Shown here: positions 27,401-43,959 of the stretch, piece after piece
Layout of the letters: every line of letters starts with the position of its first letter
How positions within the stretch are numbered: the first letter of the stretch is position 1
Assembly (NCBI RefSeq): GCF_009914755.1
Contig: NC_060933.1
Origin: the human T2T-CHM13v2.0 reference genome, Homo sapiens
Reading direction: 5' to 3' (one strand)
DNA: 64,000 nucleotides
Notes under the pieces: generated by a model
What the model saw: only the letters and a program-made list of their open reading frames with translations
Databases searched by the model: none
Told to the model about the DNA's origin: nothing
Program-made: the position numbers and the translations under genes

Positions 27401-28576
27401 GTACTCTATGTATTTCATTGCGTCAGCTGCATTTCTTTGAGTTTTAAATGGTCTGGGAACATTTTATGAAATGTTCTATATCTTTATATGGAAAATAACA
27501 TACACTGGAAAACTGTGCATCGGTCTAATATTTATATATCTATTTCTTTATCCACCACTCAATGCTATAATTGCTAACGTTCCAAAACACCTTCTCACAT
27601 TCATAAGTTCATCATCAAATGCAGTGTTATCAAACAGCTAACTTTCAACACAAAAATCTGCAGGGAAGAGTACTACCATGGAAGAAAGTAACATAATTTG
27701 CTTAGGCGATTGGCAGTAAGAATAATCAGCGTATGTCAAGCTTTTACCCAAGAATTGTCCTGCTGACAGAAAATTAAGAATCTAGTGGTACATAGCACAC
27801 CCTTCTTTCCTTATCCTTTTCTCTCAACAACTTTCTCCTACTTCAGACAATAGATAACTCACAAACTTAAAAATCAATGTCATCAACTCCCAGGAAAATA
27901 CTTTTCAACAGGAAAAAAATATTGTATTTAAAATATCTTGCTAATAATATGTACGCCCTAATAGAGTCCATGCATCTCTTAACCAAAGAGGCAGGTAGCT
28001 CTCAGACAAGGTTTCGTATCATGTCATTGTGATGTCACAGCACCATGGCCATCAAAGAGGCTGTCCCCACAGAAAAGTGTGTATCACTTTCACTGAAGGC
28101 CACAAGAAGCATTTCCATATTTGAACACACACATTTCACAGTATAGGACTCCCAAAAGCACAATCTCACTCAGGCACAGAACATGACCATGCTTAAAAAG
28201 CTATGTCTTCACAGCAGGAAAAAACTGATCTCCTAAACAAACATGTCTAACATTTTTTCTTTTAAGAAAGGCTAATCTTCTTCCATCTCAACAGTCTATG
28301 TTTTCCAGTCTTCTACTATACATACTTTTAAATCTTTAAGATATACCAGATTGCTACAGAATGTTTAATTAATAGAATAAGAGTGTGTGCAAGACTTACT
28401 GGAAAGGTGCTATAAATTATTTTACACAGGCTCCAAAAACCCTGAGTTCTGCCTTAGGCTTAAAGTTCCTAGAAAACGTGGTAGACAGATCTTTTACAAC
28501 AGAAATGCAAAATAATTCATAAAAGTGCTGTGGTTACGTATGAGGGCTCATTTGTACATTGGTAACTCCTATGTGT

Positions 28577-28580
<4 letters not shown>

Positions 28581-28615
<35 letters not shown>
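28581..28615 (+). repeat. (AC)17 perfect microsatellite
   Basis: Uninterrupted ac run. Confidence 0.97.
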
Positions 28616-28616
<1 letters not shown>

Positions 28617-30549
28617 CTTACCAAATTATTTTCCTGTTTCCCTCTGTCATACCAATGACTTCATTTAAAGAGTCAAGGCATGACATATTTTTAAACTGAT
28701 TAAAAAATACACCGACTTCACTTTGTACAAAACACGTTAACAACTGCATACTAACCAAACGCCATCATCTCCTATAATAGGACCTCTTTTAGGAAATTTA
28801 AGAGAAACTGCAAATGTAGCAGTTAACACGGGAATCTACACTGCTTTCACTTTTAACATGTTAGGTATTCAAGGCAGAAAACATTACATTTAATGCCCGC
28901 TGAATTTACCCAATCATTATCTCTAGGATATTTCAATCAATAAGAGACAAAATATTGAACATATTTAAAGCTTACAATTACAAATTCTGCCCTTTAAGAA
29001 GCAGGACTTTAACATTAGCTATACACCATATAATCTCATTGTTCAATTTCATGGAGTTTGAGATACTATCTTCCTCTCCCCACAACCATAAATGTTAATC
29101 CAAGCTGTAATCAGATTTAATTTTCCAGATGAGAAGATGGGAATATGCTGCAAACAGGATAACAGTCCACTACACTGCTCTTTCACTAATGACATTTCCA
29201 AATTTTATACACTAAAAATGCAGACTTTCAGAAAATAGTCTAAGAAGTTGTATAGTTTGAGAACAAGCTCAAATTTTCCCCAAAATACACCCAGAAATAA
29301 GCTTTCTTTTAATCCTCAAGAAGAAAATTTTTTTGTATTATGCAAAATTAAAGTTTCTTGATAAGATGACCGCAAACTGGACTGCATTAAATATAGCGTT
29401 TCAAGGACACTAGTAAACTTACTATAGCTATAAAAACTCAGCTTCATTTATTTTACATTGTAAAATACCTGACTCATTAGGTTAGCATTTTGTAATAACT
29501 AAACACAATTATTCTAGTAAATTATATTGTTCGATTGTTAAAATTTACTTGTTACAAATAATATATTTTTGAAAAGAATGTTTGAAATGTTTTACAGAGT
29601 TTAAAAATCACCAGCATGTTTTCCTTTTTTTGACAATGAAACAAAAAGGTTTAGGTTGTTTTTCCTTTTGAATTTTTTTAATTAAAAATTACTCTTTTCA
29701 AAAAATACTGATTCTAAAATGCAGATTTGACTCTAAAATTTGAAAGACGTCTAATTCATAAATTAGAAAAAAAATCATTTTGAAGGACTATAAATGAACA
29801 TTTATTTGGATTCCACGTACAAATGAAATTTGTTATTTAAAAAAAATCTATTCTAGGTGTAACTTTTTGCTTTAGCACATGAAGGCTGTAAGACATAAAA
29901 ACTTTAAATCATCCCAATTTTTAACCATGAGTCTAGTCTACCATTTTCCCCCAACACTGGCATTTAAAGTATAATCAAATGCAATTTCACAGCAGCCAGC
30001 CTGATAACATAGGAACAGTTAACCATCAACACCCATAATAAAAACACAAATAACATTATTCAAGGAAAGACAGCAAAAACCCACCTCAGTATGGCAAGCA
30101 ATGGAGCCATTCACATGCCAGATTCCTCCTCAGACTAACATATTCTGCCATTCAGACATATCCTGCTCCGATGTGACTATTTATGCATAAACAGCAGACA
30201 CTGACCTATTGTTTTCAGTTGTTGAAGTTATGAATGTAGTACAGTTACCAATTAAGTGAATCAACAAGTCCTAAATACATCAGCTGTTGTACAAATAATG
30301 AGTCCATTGACATTATACAGTAAAATCTAGGGAGTTTCATCTTTCTTTCTGGAGAATATGGAAGGATTTTAACCAGCAAATGCCACTACTTACTGATAGT
30401 TTGAAATATTTTTTATAACTTCATCTACAAAAGGAATATAAGTCTGATCCTTAAACAAATTTATGCTATGTGAATCCAAAAATCAAACATAAGTGAAATT
30501 CCAAAGGGAGCTTTAAAATGCAAAAGGAAGGGTAGGGTGTGCTGGAGGC

Positions 30550-30573
30550 AAAAAAAAAAAAAAAAAAAAAAAA
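30550..30573 (+). repeat. Poly(A)24 tract with no attached retroelement body
   Basis: gctggaggc(a)24tc. Confidence 0.95.
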
Positions 30574-32967
30574 TCAAAAGGATATGTTCACTTACATTTA
30601 CCTTTTTCTCTACTGAATATCTTAGTTTTCAACTTTCATTATTACTTAAATTTAAATATTTGGAATTTTTTAAAATTACTTCAAAATTATTGGAAACAAT
30701 TCCTAAAATCTATCAAATTGATAGATAATTATAGATGAGTTTTTTTATGATTATAATCTCAGGCTTCCATGTAATTTCTCTATGAGTTAGGATTCATTTT
30801 ATCCCACTTTTTTGAATGAGTAACCTGAAGTGTCACATTTTTATGCCAATATGAATAATTACTTTATACTTTGCCTAAACGACAGCTGTGCCCTTTATGT
30901 ATTACAAATATGACATCACTCCATATGGTCTTCATAAATAGATGTATCATATGTGTCAAATTTGGTGAAAAGAGATAACTTATTTATTCAAATATAAAAA
31001 AACTATTTGATGGAACACCCACTATTTGCCAGGCACTGTGACAGGCATTTTAGAGAAATTTTCTGATTTTACCTTCCTGACAAAGCTATGCTATAGAGAC
31101 TATCAAATCAATTTTATCATAGTTAAAGCAATAGGTTATCACTTGTCCAAAGTTAGAAAATTAGTAGTCACTCGTGGAACAAATGCTCTGCTGTGGCTGG
31201 CCCTGTTGATAAATAAGACACAGTCCTCACCCTCCAGGAGTTTACAGTCTAGCCCTAATGGAGAACACACAGAATTAAACAAGCAGGTACCATGGGGCTT
31301 GGTAAGTGTGATACTAGGAGTTAATCAGCACAGGGGCATCTGGCCTTGTCCTAAGGGGGCAGAAAAAGGTTCCACGAAGAAGTAGTAGAGCCAGGGGTAG
31401 AGTCCAGGACTAGATCAGGGCTCATCCCATAACACGGCACGCCCACTTCTGAAGCATATACAATATAGTGAATAGGTCTGTTATGAGGCCAAGTTCCATG
31501 TCTTACTTAACTTTGTCTCCTACAAAATGTCTTAACTGTTATAAATACCGAACAAATATTTGGAGTGTAATAGAATTAATAGAACAAAATGAACTCATTA
31601 AACACCCTGTGTCTCCAAGTGGATAAAAGGCCAATTTCCAAATATCCAAATGAAAACAAGCCTTTGAATGCTACAGACTTCCTAAAGATCACACTGACAT
31701 GTCGTAAGCACACAATAAATATTAGTTGTTGTTATATTATTAACCCCAATGGAGAAATAAGCAAGCACTATAAATTCAATGACTACAGATGTATAGGTGT
31801 GCCTCAAATTGGAAATACATGTGTTCCTGAAATAAACTTTTATAAACCCAATTAAAATTTTCCCATTGCCTTCTACTGCTTACTTAGAAACACTATAACT
31901 TTATCAGAAACTGATTTTCTCTACATTGTCAGTAGTTCCAAAATCTTTAAGCTACAGTTTATTCGCCTCCTGGCATCTGTTTTGCTAATGATCTGTAAAC
32001 ATCAAATACACAAGGGACTCCCCCAGATTTACAGAAACCCTGAGGTGAATCTGTATAAATTGAAGGACCCTTCTGCTAATTCCTTTGCTTTCTAAGTTTG
32101 CATACTGGGTTTCAGGAAGAGTCCCACTAAACATTTTTGCAGTAACAATTATAATACTACCAGCTACCTCTTAGGTATACCATTGCCATAGGTGGCTTAA
32201 TTTTTATCCTATTTCATCAAAATGACTCTTCCAGGTAAGTAGAAGCTCTCTATTTAATAAATAAGAAGAGTGAGGCTCACAATGAACAAATTCAGAGTTA
32301 AGTAACAGAGCTGGGATTCAGCCTGAATCCATCAGGCCCCAAAGAATCCAACACTGGCTTTTCTTTTTGGCTTTATTTATTTACATCCTCCTGTTGATCT
32401 GTCTTCTAGTCATTACTGTGACTCAACAATAAGAATACATCTGGACAAATAACTACAACATGTTTTCATGAAACAGGCCTTAGCGGATTATGAATGACAG
32501 CTTTCCAATTTCTTTATTTATAGTCCTCTGCCAAGTTCAGGATATAAATAAAATGACTCCAAAGTAACTGGCACTCTATTCAACTAGTAAATACAATATT
32601 TAAAAGATGAATTCATATTAAAAACTTAGAATAATTTTGAAGGCTAGAGTTATCCTTATCTCATCTATGAAAAAAAATTGCTAAACAAATAGAGTAAATA
32701 AAAACACAGAGAAAATGTCTTCCTACTTAAGAAAACATGTTCTCATCGTGTGTTCTAAACCACAATGAGAACCCCAATGCTGGAGTTCCCATTCATACAG
32801 GAGAGACAATGCGGACATCTCTGCAGGGGAAGCACATGCCCATCAAACAGAGCCTTCCTTATACCAAAATCCTGTCTTCCCCACTCCACCCTGCTTCCAG
32901 GGAACAAGCCACTGCTGCCTAGCCCTTATCTGTACCATTAGAGAAGCAGTGCCTATGTCCTTTGAGA

Positions 32968-33525
32968 CTTTTGTTGTTGTAGTAAAATATACATACAATT
33001 TACTATTTTGACCATCTTTAAGTACCATGTTGTGACATTGAGTACATTCACATTGTTGTGCCACAATCACCACTATCCATCTCCAGAAATTTCTCATCTT
33101 CCCCAACTGAAACCTTGAACCCATTAAACACCAACTCTTCATTATCTCCTTCTCCCAGCCCCTGGCAACCACCAATCTACTTTCTGTCTCTATGAATTTG
33201 AATAGTCTAGTTACATGATATAAGTGGAATCACTTAGCATGATGTCTTCAGGGTTCATTCATGATGTCGCATGTGTCACAATTCCCTTCCTTTTCACAGA
33301 TGAGTAACATTCCATTGTATGTAGATACCACATTGCTTATTATTCCATCAATGGACATATGGGTTATTTCCACCTTTTGGCTATTGTGAATAATGCTGCT
33401 ATGAACATGCATGTGCAAATGTCTATTCAGGTCCCTGCTTTCACTTCTTTTGCATATATATCCACAAGTCAAATTACTGGATCATATAATAATTCTACAT
33501 TAATTTTTTGAGGACCTTTACCATT
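32968..33525 (-). mobile_element. L1MB-type LINE-1 3' end
   Basis: gagtacattcacattgttgtgccacaatcaccactatccatctccagaa...cccctggcaaccaccaatctactttctgtctctatgaatttg...gaataatgctgctatgaacat. It accounts for ORFs 32843-33175 and 33248-33472. Confidence 0.9.
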
Positions 33526-34468
33526 TTTAATGTTTTAAGAACTTTATGTAGTAAAGCTATCCTAACAGCCTACAATCCTTAGTGCAGACATTAAGACCAA
33601 CCCAGCCAATTTCATATCTGTGTCTTAAATATAAATCCCTAAACCTGGCCAGCTTAATCATTTAACTTTCCCACAAAACTTGACATGCTCTATTCACCTT
33701 TCTCATCTTCCCACTATCCAAATCTTTCAAAAGATGCACTTAGGCATCACTCATAAATGTGACCAATTGTATATTCTTACATGAATTAACAGTCAATCAT
33801 ACCAACACTTTTTAAAAATTCAAAAGACAAAGAACTATGTCTTCCATCAAAAGTACACTGAATTTTTAATGAGGTTGCCACAGGAACAGCAAAACTGGCA
33901 CACTCACGTCTATGGCTCCCCAACTCACAAAACTAACTTGCTTTTGGCACTCCTGGTCAGCCAGAAGCAAAACTTGCAACCTCTTCTAAGCTCCCTTTAC
34001 ATCCTTACCTTCTTACTGCAACCGAATGCTCACTTCCTCTGGGGTCCTTTCAAGAGTTGGATGTTTCTTCCCTACCTCTCCGCCCACTGGCCTGGAGGTG
34101 GGATAGATGGCCTCTGTTCATTAGAGCCACTTACAGGCCATTCACCTTCCTTACTCTCCAAAACCCTAGATTTTAACCTCTGGTCACCAGACCATGCCCT
34201 CCTCCCTACCACACCAACACCACCACCACCATTCTGCTTTGTTGTCACCTACTAATTCCAGGGTTATTCCTCATCCTTGACTCTTGGGGATCATACTGCA
34301 TTGCCACTCACTCTAACACCACTCCCACCACAATCTTCCCGATTTTACTATTCACACAGATGATCCTTCCAAATCCCTATAACTCTTGATTCCTAGGCCA
34401 CTCCCCACAACAATCTCACCCTCTACTCCTACGGTCACACCCTAAACTCTACCACTACCAATAATTGA

Positions 34469-34905
<437 letters not shown>

Positions 34906-35914
34906 CTTTTCACTGCCTTTGATCCACCTCAGGTCTACATGATTCTCCTTACATAGCTTAAATTCTATTGTTATAACTGTTCCTTTATACACATTCTCAT
35001 CTGCCTTGTGCCTCTTTGTCATCCTCTCTTGGCAAACTCCAGTCATTGTTAAATCCAACTACCCGCCTGCACCCATATAGCTAACAGGGGGTCCATTTTC
35101 ATAGCTGTTTCATGTATACTTGGAAACTCCTGACACCTTATAGTTTAAGGTATGTGGCTGGACAAAAACACACAGCTATGCCGATTAATCTCACCTTAAA
35201 TCTGTGGTTAGTAACTGTAAGTGAGCTTTAATGCAACTCAGTAATTATAACACATTTTCCTTCATTCATTCACTTTCTTTTTCTCTCTCTCCTTGGTGAC
35301 TATTTTATACTTTCTTCTCTTCCCTCAAATCTTCTCCAACCTCAATTGCCACTGATTCCCTTACTGGCCACTTCCCTGAGAAAACAGAGGAATCAGAAGA
35401 GAACTCCCACAAGCCCCACCACCACCTCTATTCTCCCACCACCTCTGCCCCACAGACTCTGCCTTCGTCTTATTACGTGACCCTTGCAAAGGTCCTTTGT
35501 CCACTTGTGAAAGAGGACTCCATCCCCTCTTGCCAACTCAGACAGAGCTCCACCAATCCTCCTGTTTTATTCATTTTACCTCTCTATAGGATCTTTCCCA
35601 TCAGCATAGAAACATGCTGTTATTTCTACAGATATTTCTTAAAAGGTCAAGCCCACTTTCCAACAGCTACCACCCCATTTCTCTCCTTTTCTTTGTAGCT
35701 ATATTCTTTGAAACAGTGTCTATACCCACAGTCACCACTTTGTCGCCTCCTACTCTCTTGGACCCATGACAACCAAGCTTTCACCTCACCGCTTCTCTGA
35801 AACTACTCACATACCAACAGCCACACCAATGACCTTCTTTTACTGCTAACATCAATTATCAATCTTTAGTCTTGATCTACAAGCACAATTTCACACCCAT
35901 GATTGCTTCTTCCT

Positions 35915-36282
35915 TGATACAGTTTGGCTGTGTCCCCAACCAAATCTCATCTTGAATTGTAACTCCCGCAATTCCCACATGTTATGGGAGGAACCCGTGG
36001 AAGGTGATTGAATTATAAGGGTGGGTCTTTCCTGCAATGTTCTCGTGATAGTGAATGAGTCTCATGAGATCTGATGGTTTTAAAAATGGGAATTTCCATG
36101 CACAAGCTCTGTCTTTGCCTGCTGCCATCCATGTAATACGTGACTTGTTCCTCCTTGCCTTCTACCATGATTGTGAGGCCTCCCCAGGCATGTGGAACTG
36201 TAAGTCTCATTAAACCTCTTTCTTTTATAAATTGCCCAGTCTCGGGTATGTCTTTATAGCAGCATGAAAATGGACCAATACA
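35915..36282 (+). mobile_element. THE1B-like MaLR solo LTR (368 bp)
   Basis: TG...CA termini (tgatacagtttggctgtgtcccc...gaaaatggaccaataca), attaaa polyA signal, 5-bp TSD ttcct/ctcct. Confidence 0.9.
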
Positions 36283-37332
36283 CTCCTGGAGTCACTTTCT
36301 TTCTTCAGGCGGCTTCCAAAGCATCCCACTCTCCTGCCTCACTGGCTTCTGCAGGCTCCTTGCTGATCTCTCCCTATTGAAGAGCTCCAGAACTCAGTCC
36401 TTGGACTTGACTTTCTTTCCTTTGCTGGTCCTCTTTCAGTCCCATCACTTCAAATATGCACTATCAATTTTAAATTTATTTCTCCAGCTCCTATCTCTTC
36501 CAATTCTAGACTCATTTATCTAACTGTCTACTCAACATCTCCACTTGACGTCTCAAATTTAACATATCCAAAATGGAACTCCTGATCTTTCTCTCACATC
36601 CCAGAGCCAATGTATCAGCCACTCCTGCCAACTAAATCTTCAAAATATATTCAAATTCTGACCATTTCACTCTATCTCCACCACTAACACCCTGATTTAA
36701 GCCACCATCATTTTCCACCTGGATTAACTACCAATAGCTTCCTAACAGGTTTTCCTGCTTCTGGTTCCAATTTCCTGTAGTCTGTTCTCAAATAGCATCT
36801 AGAGGAATCCTGTAAAACTCAATACAGGGCCTCCTCTACAACGTCCTCCCTTCACCAGCATACCTCTGCACTCACTTCCTAACTCTCCTCTCCTAACTTT
36901 GTTCCCGCCTTGCTGGTCTGCTTGCTGCTTCTCAAACATGCATGCCATGCTTCCACTTCATGGCTTATACCCACACAATTCACTCTGTCTGATAAAATAT
37001 CAAGGAATAAGGCATGTGCTATCAGATTTTATTCACAAGGTAGTTTCCCAATGTGGCCTTCCCTAATCACCTTATTTAAATTTATAATTTTCCTATCCCC
37101 ACCATTCCTCATTCCATTTTCCTGGGTTATGTTTCTCTTTAGTGCATTTCACCATGCAACATATTATATACAGGTAGAGTAGCTTCTCTTTTTCAAAATG
37201 CTTGGGACTAGAAGTGTTTTTTCAGATTTTGTAATATTTCATATACATAATGAGATATCTTGAGGATGGGCCCCAAGTCTAAATGCAAAATTTATATTTC
37301 ATATATACCATATACACATAGCCTGAAGGTAA

Positions 37333-37683
<351 letters not shown>

Positions 37684-37843
37684 TAACCATCAGAAAGCAA
37701 AGATGTCACTGTCTTAGCCACCCATGTGGACAATCTGTGGTTTGGCATCACCATCATTCCCAACTGTGAATTTATATGCTACCAATAAGCAATTATTTTC
37801 TTGTACCTATTTACATATAAGTACCTAACAGTAAAAAATATGA

Positions 37844-38460
<617 letters not shown>

Positions 38461-39639
38461 CTGACATACTGTTAATAGAGTGAAAAAATAACATGTTCAG
38501 AGTAACTTGTGACATCACATCAGCACTCAGGAAGTTTTGGATTTTGGAGCATTTTGGATTTTCAGATTAGGAATGCTTAACCTGTACTTATTATCTGTTT
38601 TCCCCTCCTAAATTATACACTTTATAAAGGCAAGGATCTTCGCTTATTTTGTTCACTACTGTATCCCCAGCGCCTGGAAAAAGGCCTAGCATATAAATAC
38701 TGAATGAAAAAAAGAAGGAATGAAGGAATAAAGGGAGTAATACCCTTTCTTCTCAAATACCTCTTTTGGCAACATGTACCAAAAGCATTATCAATGTCCT
38801 CACTCTATACCCTAGTAATTCCAAACCTTAAAATCTATCTGAAGGAAATAGTCTGAAATGTAGGTACTTTTTAAAAATTTTTTCAAGCATCATTGCAAAA
38901 ATTGAAAGAGTGTTAATAAGTTCAAGTGATGCAATATTTACATCACCATAACATGTGGAAATACATCATTGCATTATGAAGAATTAACTCAAAATACAAA
39001 GATTTATCATACTGTAATAGCAGTTATCATTTTTTAATGTTCTAAATCCAGACTAAAATTTAACTCATCAAAATATCTAGCCATGAGTGAGTTGTAGGAT
39101 TATTGGTGATTTTTTTTGGCCTTATATTCTGAATTTTCTATATTTTTAATAAGATTCATAATTTTTTAAATGAACTTTGCAAATAAATATGTTCCTGGGA
39201 AATTAGATTTACATTACAACAGTTTATAATGTCCCCATCTGCCTCTTCCAGGAATCCATCCCTGACTACGTCAGCCCACATTTGACTGGTCTCCTCCCTA
39301 AGCTTCTGTAATATTCGCTACTTTGGCAGCATAATAAATGACTAAGCACCTGATTATGCACCTAATCATTTCTCGTCTTCGACTGTTAATTCTTTCATTT
39401 AAGTACTTGTCTCCCCAGTAAGTAAAATAAGCCACTCCAATGACCAGAACCCATGTCTCCTTACCATCTGTGCTCTTGCCACAGATAAAGGCACCACAGA
39501 CTTCAAGCACAGTGCACAGCACAGAGTAGGCTGCCTTCCATACATGTTTGCTGAATTGAATTCTATCTGAATTGCCCTTATTAAATTTCCTGGGATAGAT
39601 TAATTCAGGGGCACTCCAGCCAACTCTCCTTCAACAGAC

Positions 39640-40160
<521 letters not shown>

Positions 40161-40194
40161 AAAACCTATCATCTTAATCATTATGCTTACATGG

Positions 40195-40608
<414 letters not shown>

Positions 40609-41601
40609 TATACAGACTTGATAAAAAAACTAGCAACAGGAATCCACTCATCAAAGTTCCTTAGAAAAGGTGAGACATCTTCAACTCCATCCTTCTAGTC
40701 TCAGCTCAGGTTCTATAATACTTCCCAGTGAAAGCTCTCAAGCCAACAACCCCACACTGGCAGGTTCAGTGCCCGTCCTATGTGTTAACCCTAAGCATTC
40801 TGCAGACTGGCTCACTCTATCTCTCTCACAACATTCTGTGGGCCCTCCAGTATCACAGAAGCTGGAAAGCTACAAACTATTTTCCAAAAAGCCCCTGCAA
40901 CTAAGATCCTGGGTATGATTTAGGTTCTGCCAGTCAGATCCACCTAGTGAGACCTGAAAGCTCAGGGATGTGGGGAGACAGGAGGCAACAGGAGGAACCC
41001 ATTTTTCTGATACAAACCTAGAAGGAACGGCACGATGGTTTCTATTATCTTCAGCTGGACCATGACTGATGCACTGCCCCCTGCATGTTCCTCCGAGTAC
41101 TTATTTATCTTCCTATCTGCTATGCCTAGAACAATATTAGACTCATAGCACACAATCATTTTTAGTAAGCTTTCAGAAAATCACAATAGCCATTATAATA
41201 TTTAAAAGATTTGGCATGAATCTTAAAATGTTGGACTGGAAATCAGCAGACCTAGATTCTGCCACTATCTGATCTTAAATACATCTCTAAACCTGAATTC
41301 TCTCACATATAAACTAAAAATGTTTACTGAGTTTTTTTGACTCTAAAATTCTATCATTCTATGATCTAAAAGCCTGAGACAACTCATTGCTTTGGTAAAA
41401 CATCAATGCCTATAAGTATCCTATAAAGGAAAATGGCCCTGAGGAAAAGTACTTCTTTCTGGTTTTCTGTGTGGCTAACCACTCTGTAGAATTAACAAGC
41501 CTCTCACAAAAGAAAGAAAACAATTATTAAAGATTTTTCAATGGAGAAAAATTCTAAATTTAAGCAGCAGTGGCTACTTAAATGTCATTCTATTTATGCC
41601 T

Positions 41602-41876
41602 TCTTGCTCTGTCACCCAGGCTGTAGTGCAGTGGCATGATCTCGGATCACTGCAACCTCCACCCCCTGAGTTCCAGCAATTCTCGCGCCTCAGCCTCCAG
41701 AGTAGCTGGGATTACAGGCATGCACCACCCTGCCCAGCTAATTTCTGTATTTTTACTAGAGACAGGGTTTCACCACGTCGGCCAGGCTGGTCTCGAACTC
41801 CTGAACTTGATCAAGTGATCCGCCTACCTCAGCCTCCCAAAGTGCTGGGATTTAGGCAGGAGCCACCGGTCTGGTC
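41602..41876 (-). mobile_element. Alu (AluS-like) lacking its poly(A) tail
   Basis: Begins directly at tcttgctctgtcacccaggctg with no T-tract; ends at gagccaccggtctggtc. Confidence 0.92.
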
Positions 41877-42143
41877 AACAATGAGAATTTTAAAGGCTCC
41901 TTTTGTCCTGTCTGCCTGACTTTGCTTCATGATTTTCGCTTCATTATCTGGAGGGGTTTCCTCCCTCTTGCTATTAATGTAAAATCTGCATTTCTGTAAA
42001 GACCTCCTTTTTGAGGACCAGTAAAACCTATATGGAATAACAAAGATTACTGGCCTGGGGTAATTCTATCTTAAAAGATCTCTCCTCCTCAATTTGCATT
42101 TCCTCCATCATCTCATGTTTTGGCCTCATGGTGTTGGCCATCA

Positions 42144-42475
<332 letters not shown>

Positions 42476-42477
42476 CA

Positions 42478-42616
42478 AACATACTAACGAAAGCTGATAA
42501 ACTAAAGGAAAAAAAAAACTATTAATATTTTAAGAAAGTTTACAAATTTGTGTTAAGCCACATTGAAAGCCATCCTGGGCCACATACAGCCCCAGGCCAT
42601 GGGTTGGACAAACTTG
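42478..42616 (+). mobile_element. MER30 hAT MITE, right half only
   Basis: actaacgaaagctgataaactaaa...ttttaagaaagtttacaaatttgtgtt...gggttggacaaacttg matches the recalled MER30 3' portion. Confidence 0.75.
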
Positions 42617-42664
42617 ATCTAGAATTACCTAGGAAGCCAACATTTCAATTTGAACTTAAATCCC

Positions 42665-42964
<300 letters not shown>

Positions 42965-43383
42965 AAATCCCTGAACCTTTTCATCCATCTTGCTTGAAGC
43001 CTGGACTAGACCCTGTTATGCATTCAATCTGCTCTCTTCTACTCACAGCCTCCAAAGTTGAACACATTTCTCAAAATGATGGAATGCCAGATCCACCACT
43101 TTACCATCTTGAAAGATGCCAAAAAAGGGATGCAAATAGGTGCTCAAGTTTTATAATCTTATAACTCATGTCATTTTTCCCCATAAGACTGGCAAAGGTT
43201 AGAAGTGTGGGAAACATCTGGAGACTGAAGGATCTGGGGAAATAAGCAGTCTCCTATAATTGATAACTAAGAGTATGGCTGGATGGAAAGTAATTTGGTA
43301 CAATTTTCTGCAGCACAAATAGAATGAATTTTAAATTTCCATGCCTTATAATCCACCAATTTCACTTACAAGAAAGCATCCAC

Positions 43384-43726
<343 letters not shown>

Positions 43727-43805
43727 TTAAAATAAAGTGATTTAGAACTATAAATGACATGGAAAGTTGCCCTTTTTAATAATTTGTAATTGGACCTCTG
43801 AAATA

Positions 43806-43948
43806 CAGTGATGTGTCACTTAACAATGAGAATGCACCCTGAGAAATGCATCATTAGGCAATGTTGTCATTATGTGAATATCATAGAGTGTACTTAACAA
43901 GCTTAGAATGATACAGTCTACTACACATCTACACTATATGGTATAGCT
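43806..43948 (+). mobile_element. Tigger3 (MER7/Golem) terminal fragment
   Basis: ta|cagtgatgtgtcacttaacaatg...ctgagaaatgcatcattaggc...catagagtgtactta...ctatatggtatagc. Confidence 0.75.
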
Positions 43949-43959
43949 AAAGCACCACC

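Noticed and set aside
40780-41010. Possible old ERVL-type LTR (LTR33/LTR16-like) fragment
   Set aside because: The resemblance is too weak to name or bound without a Dfam search.
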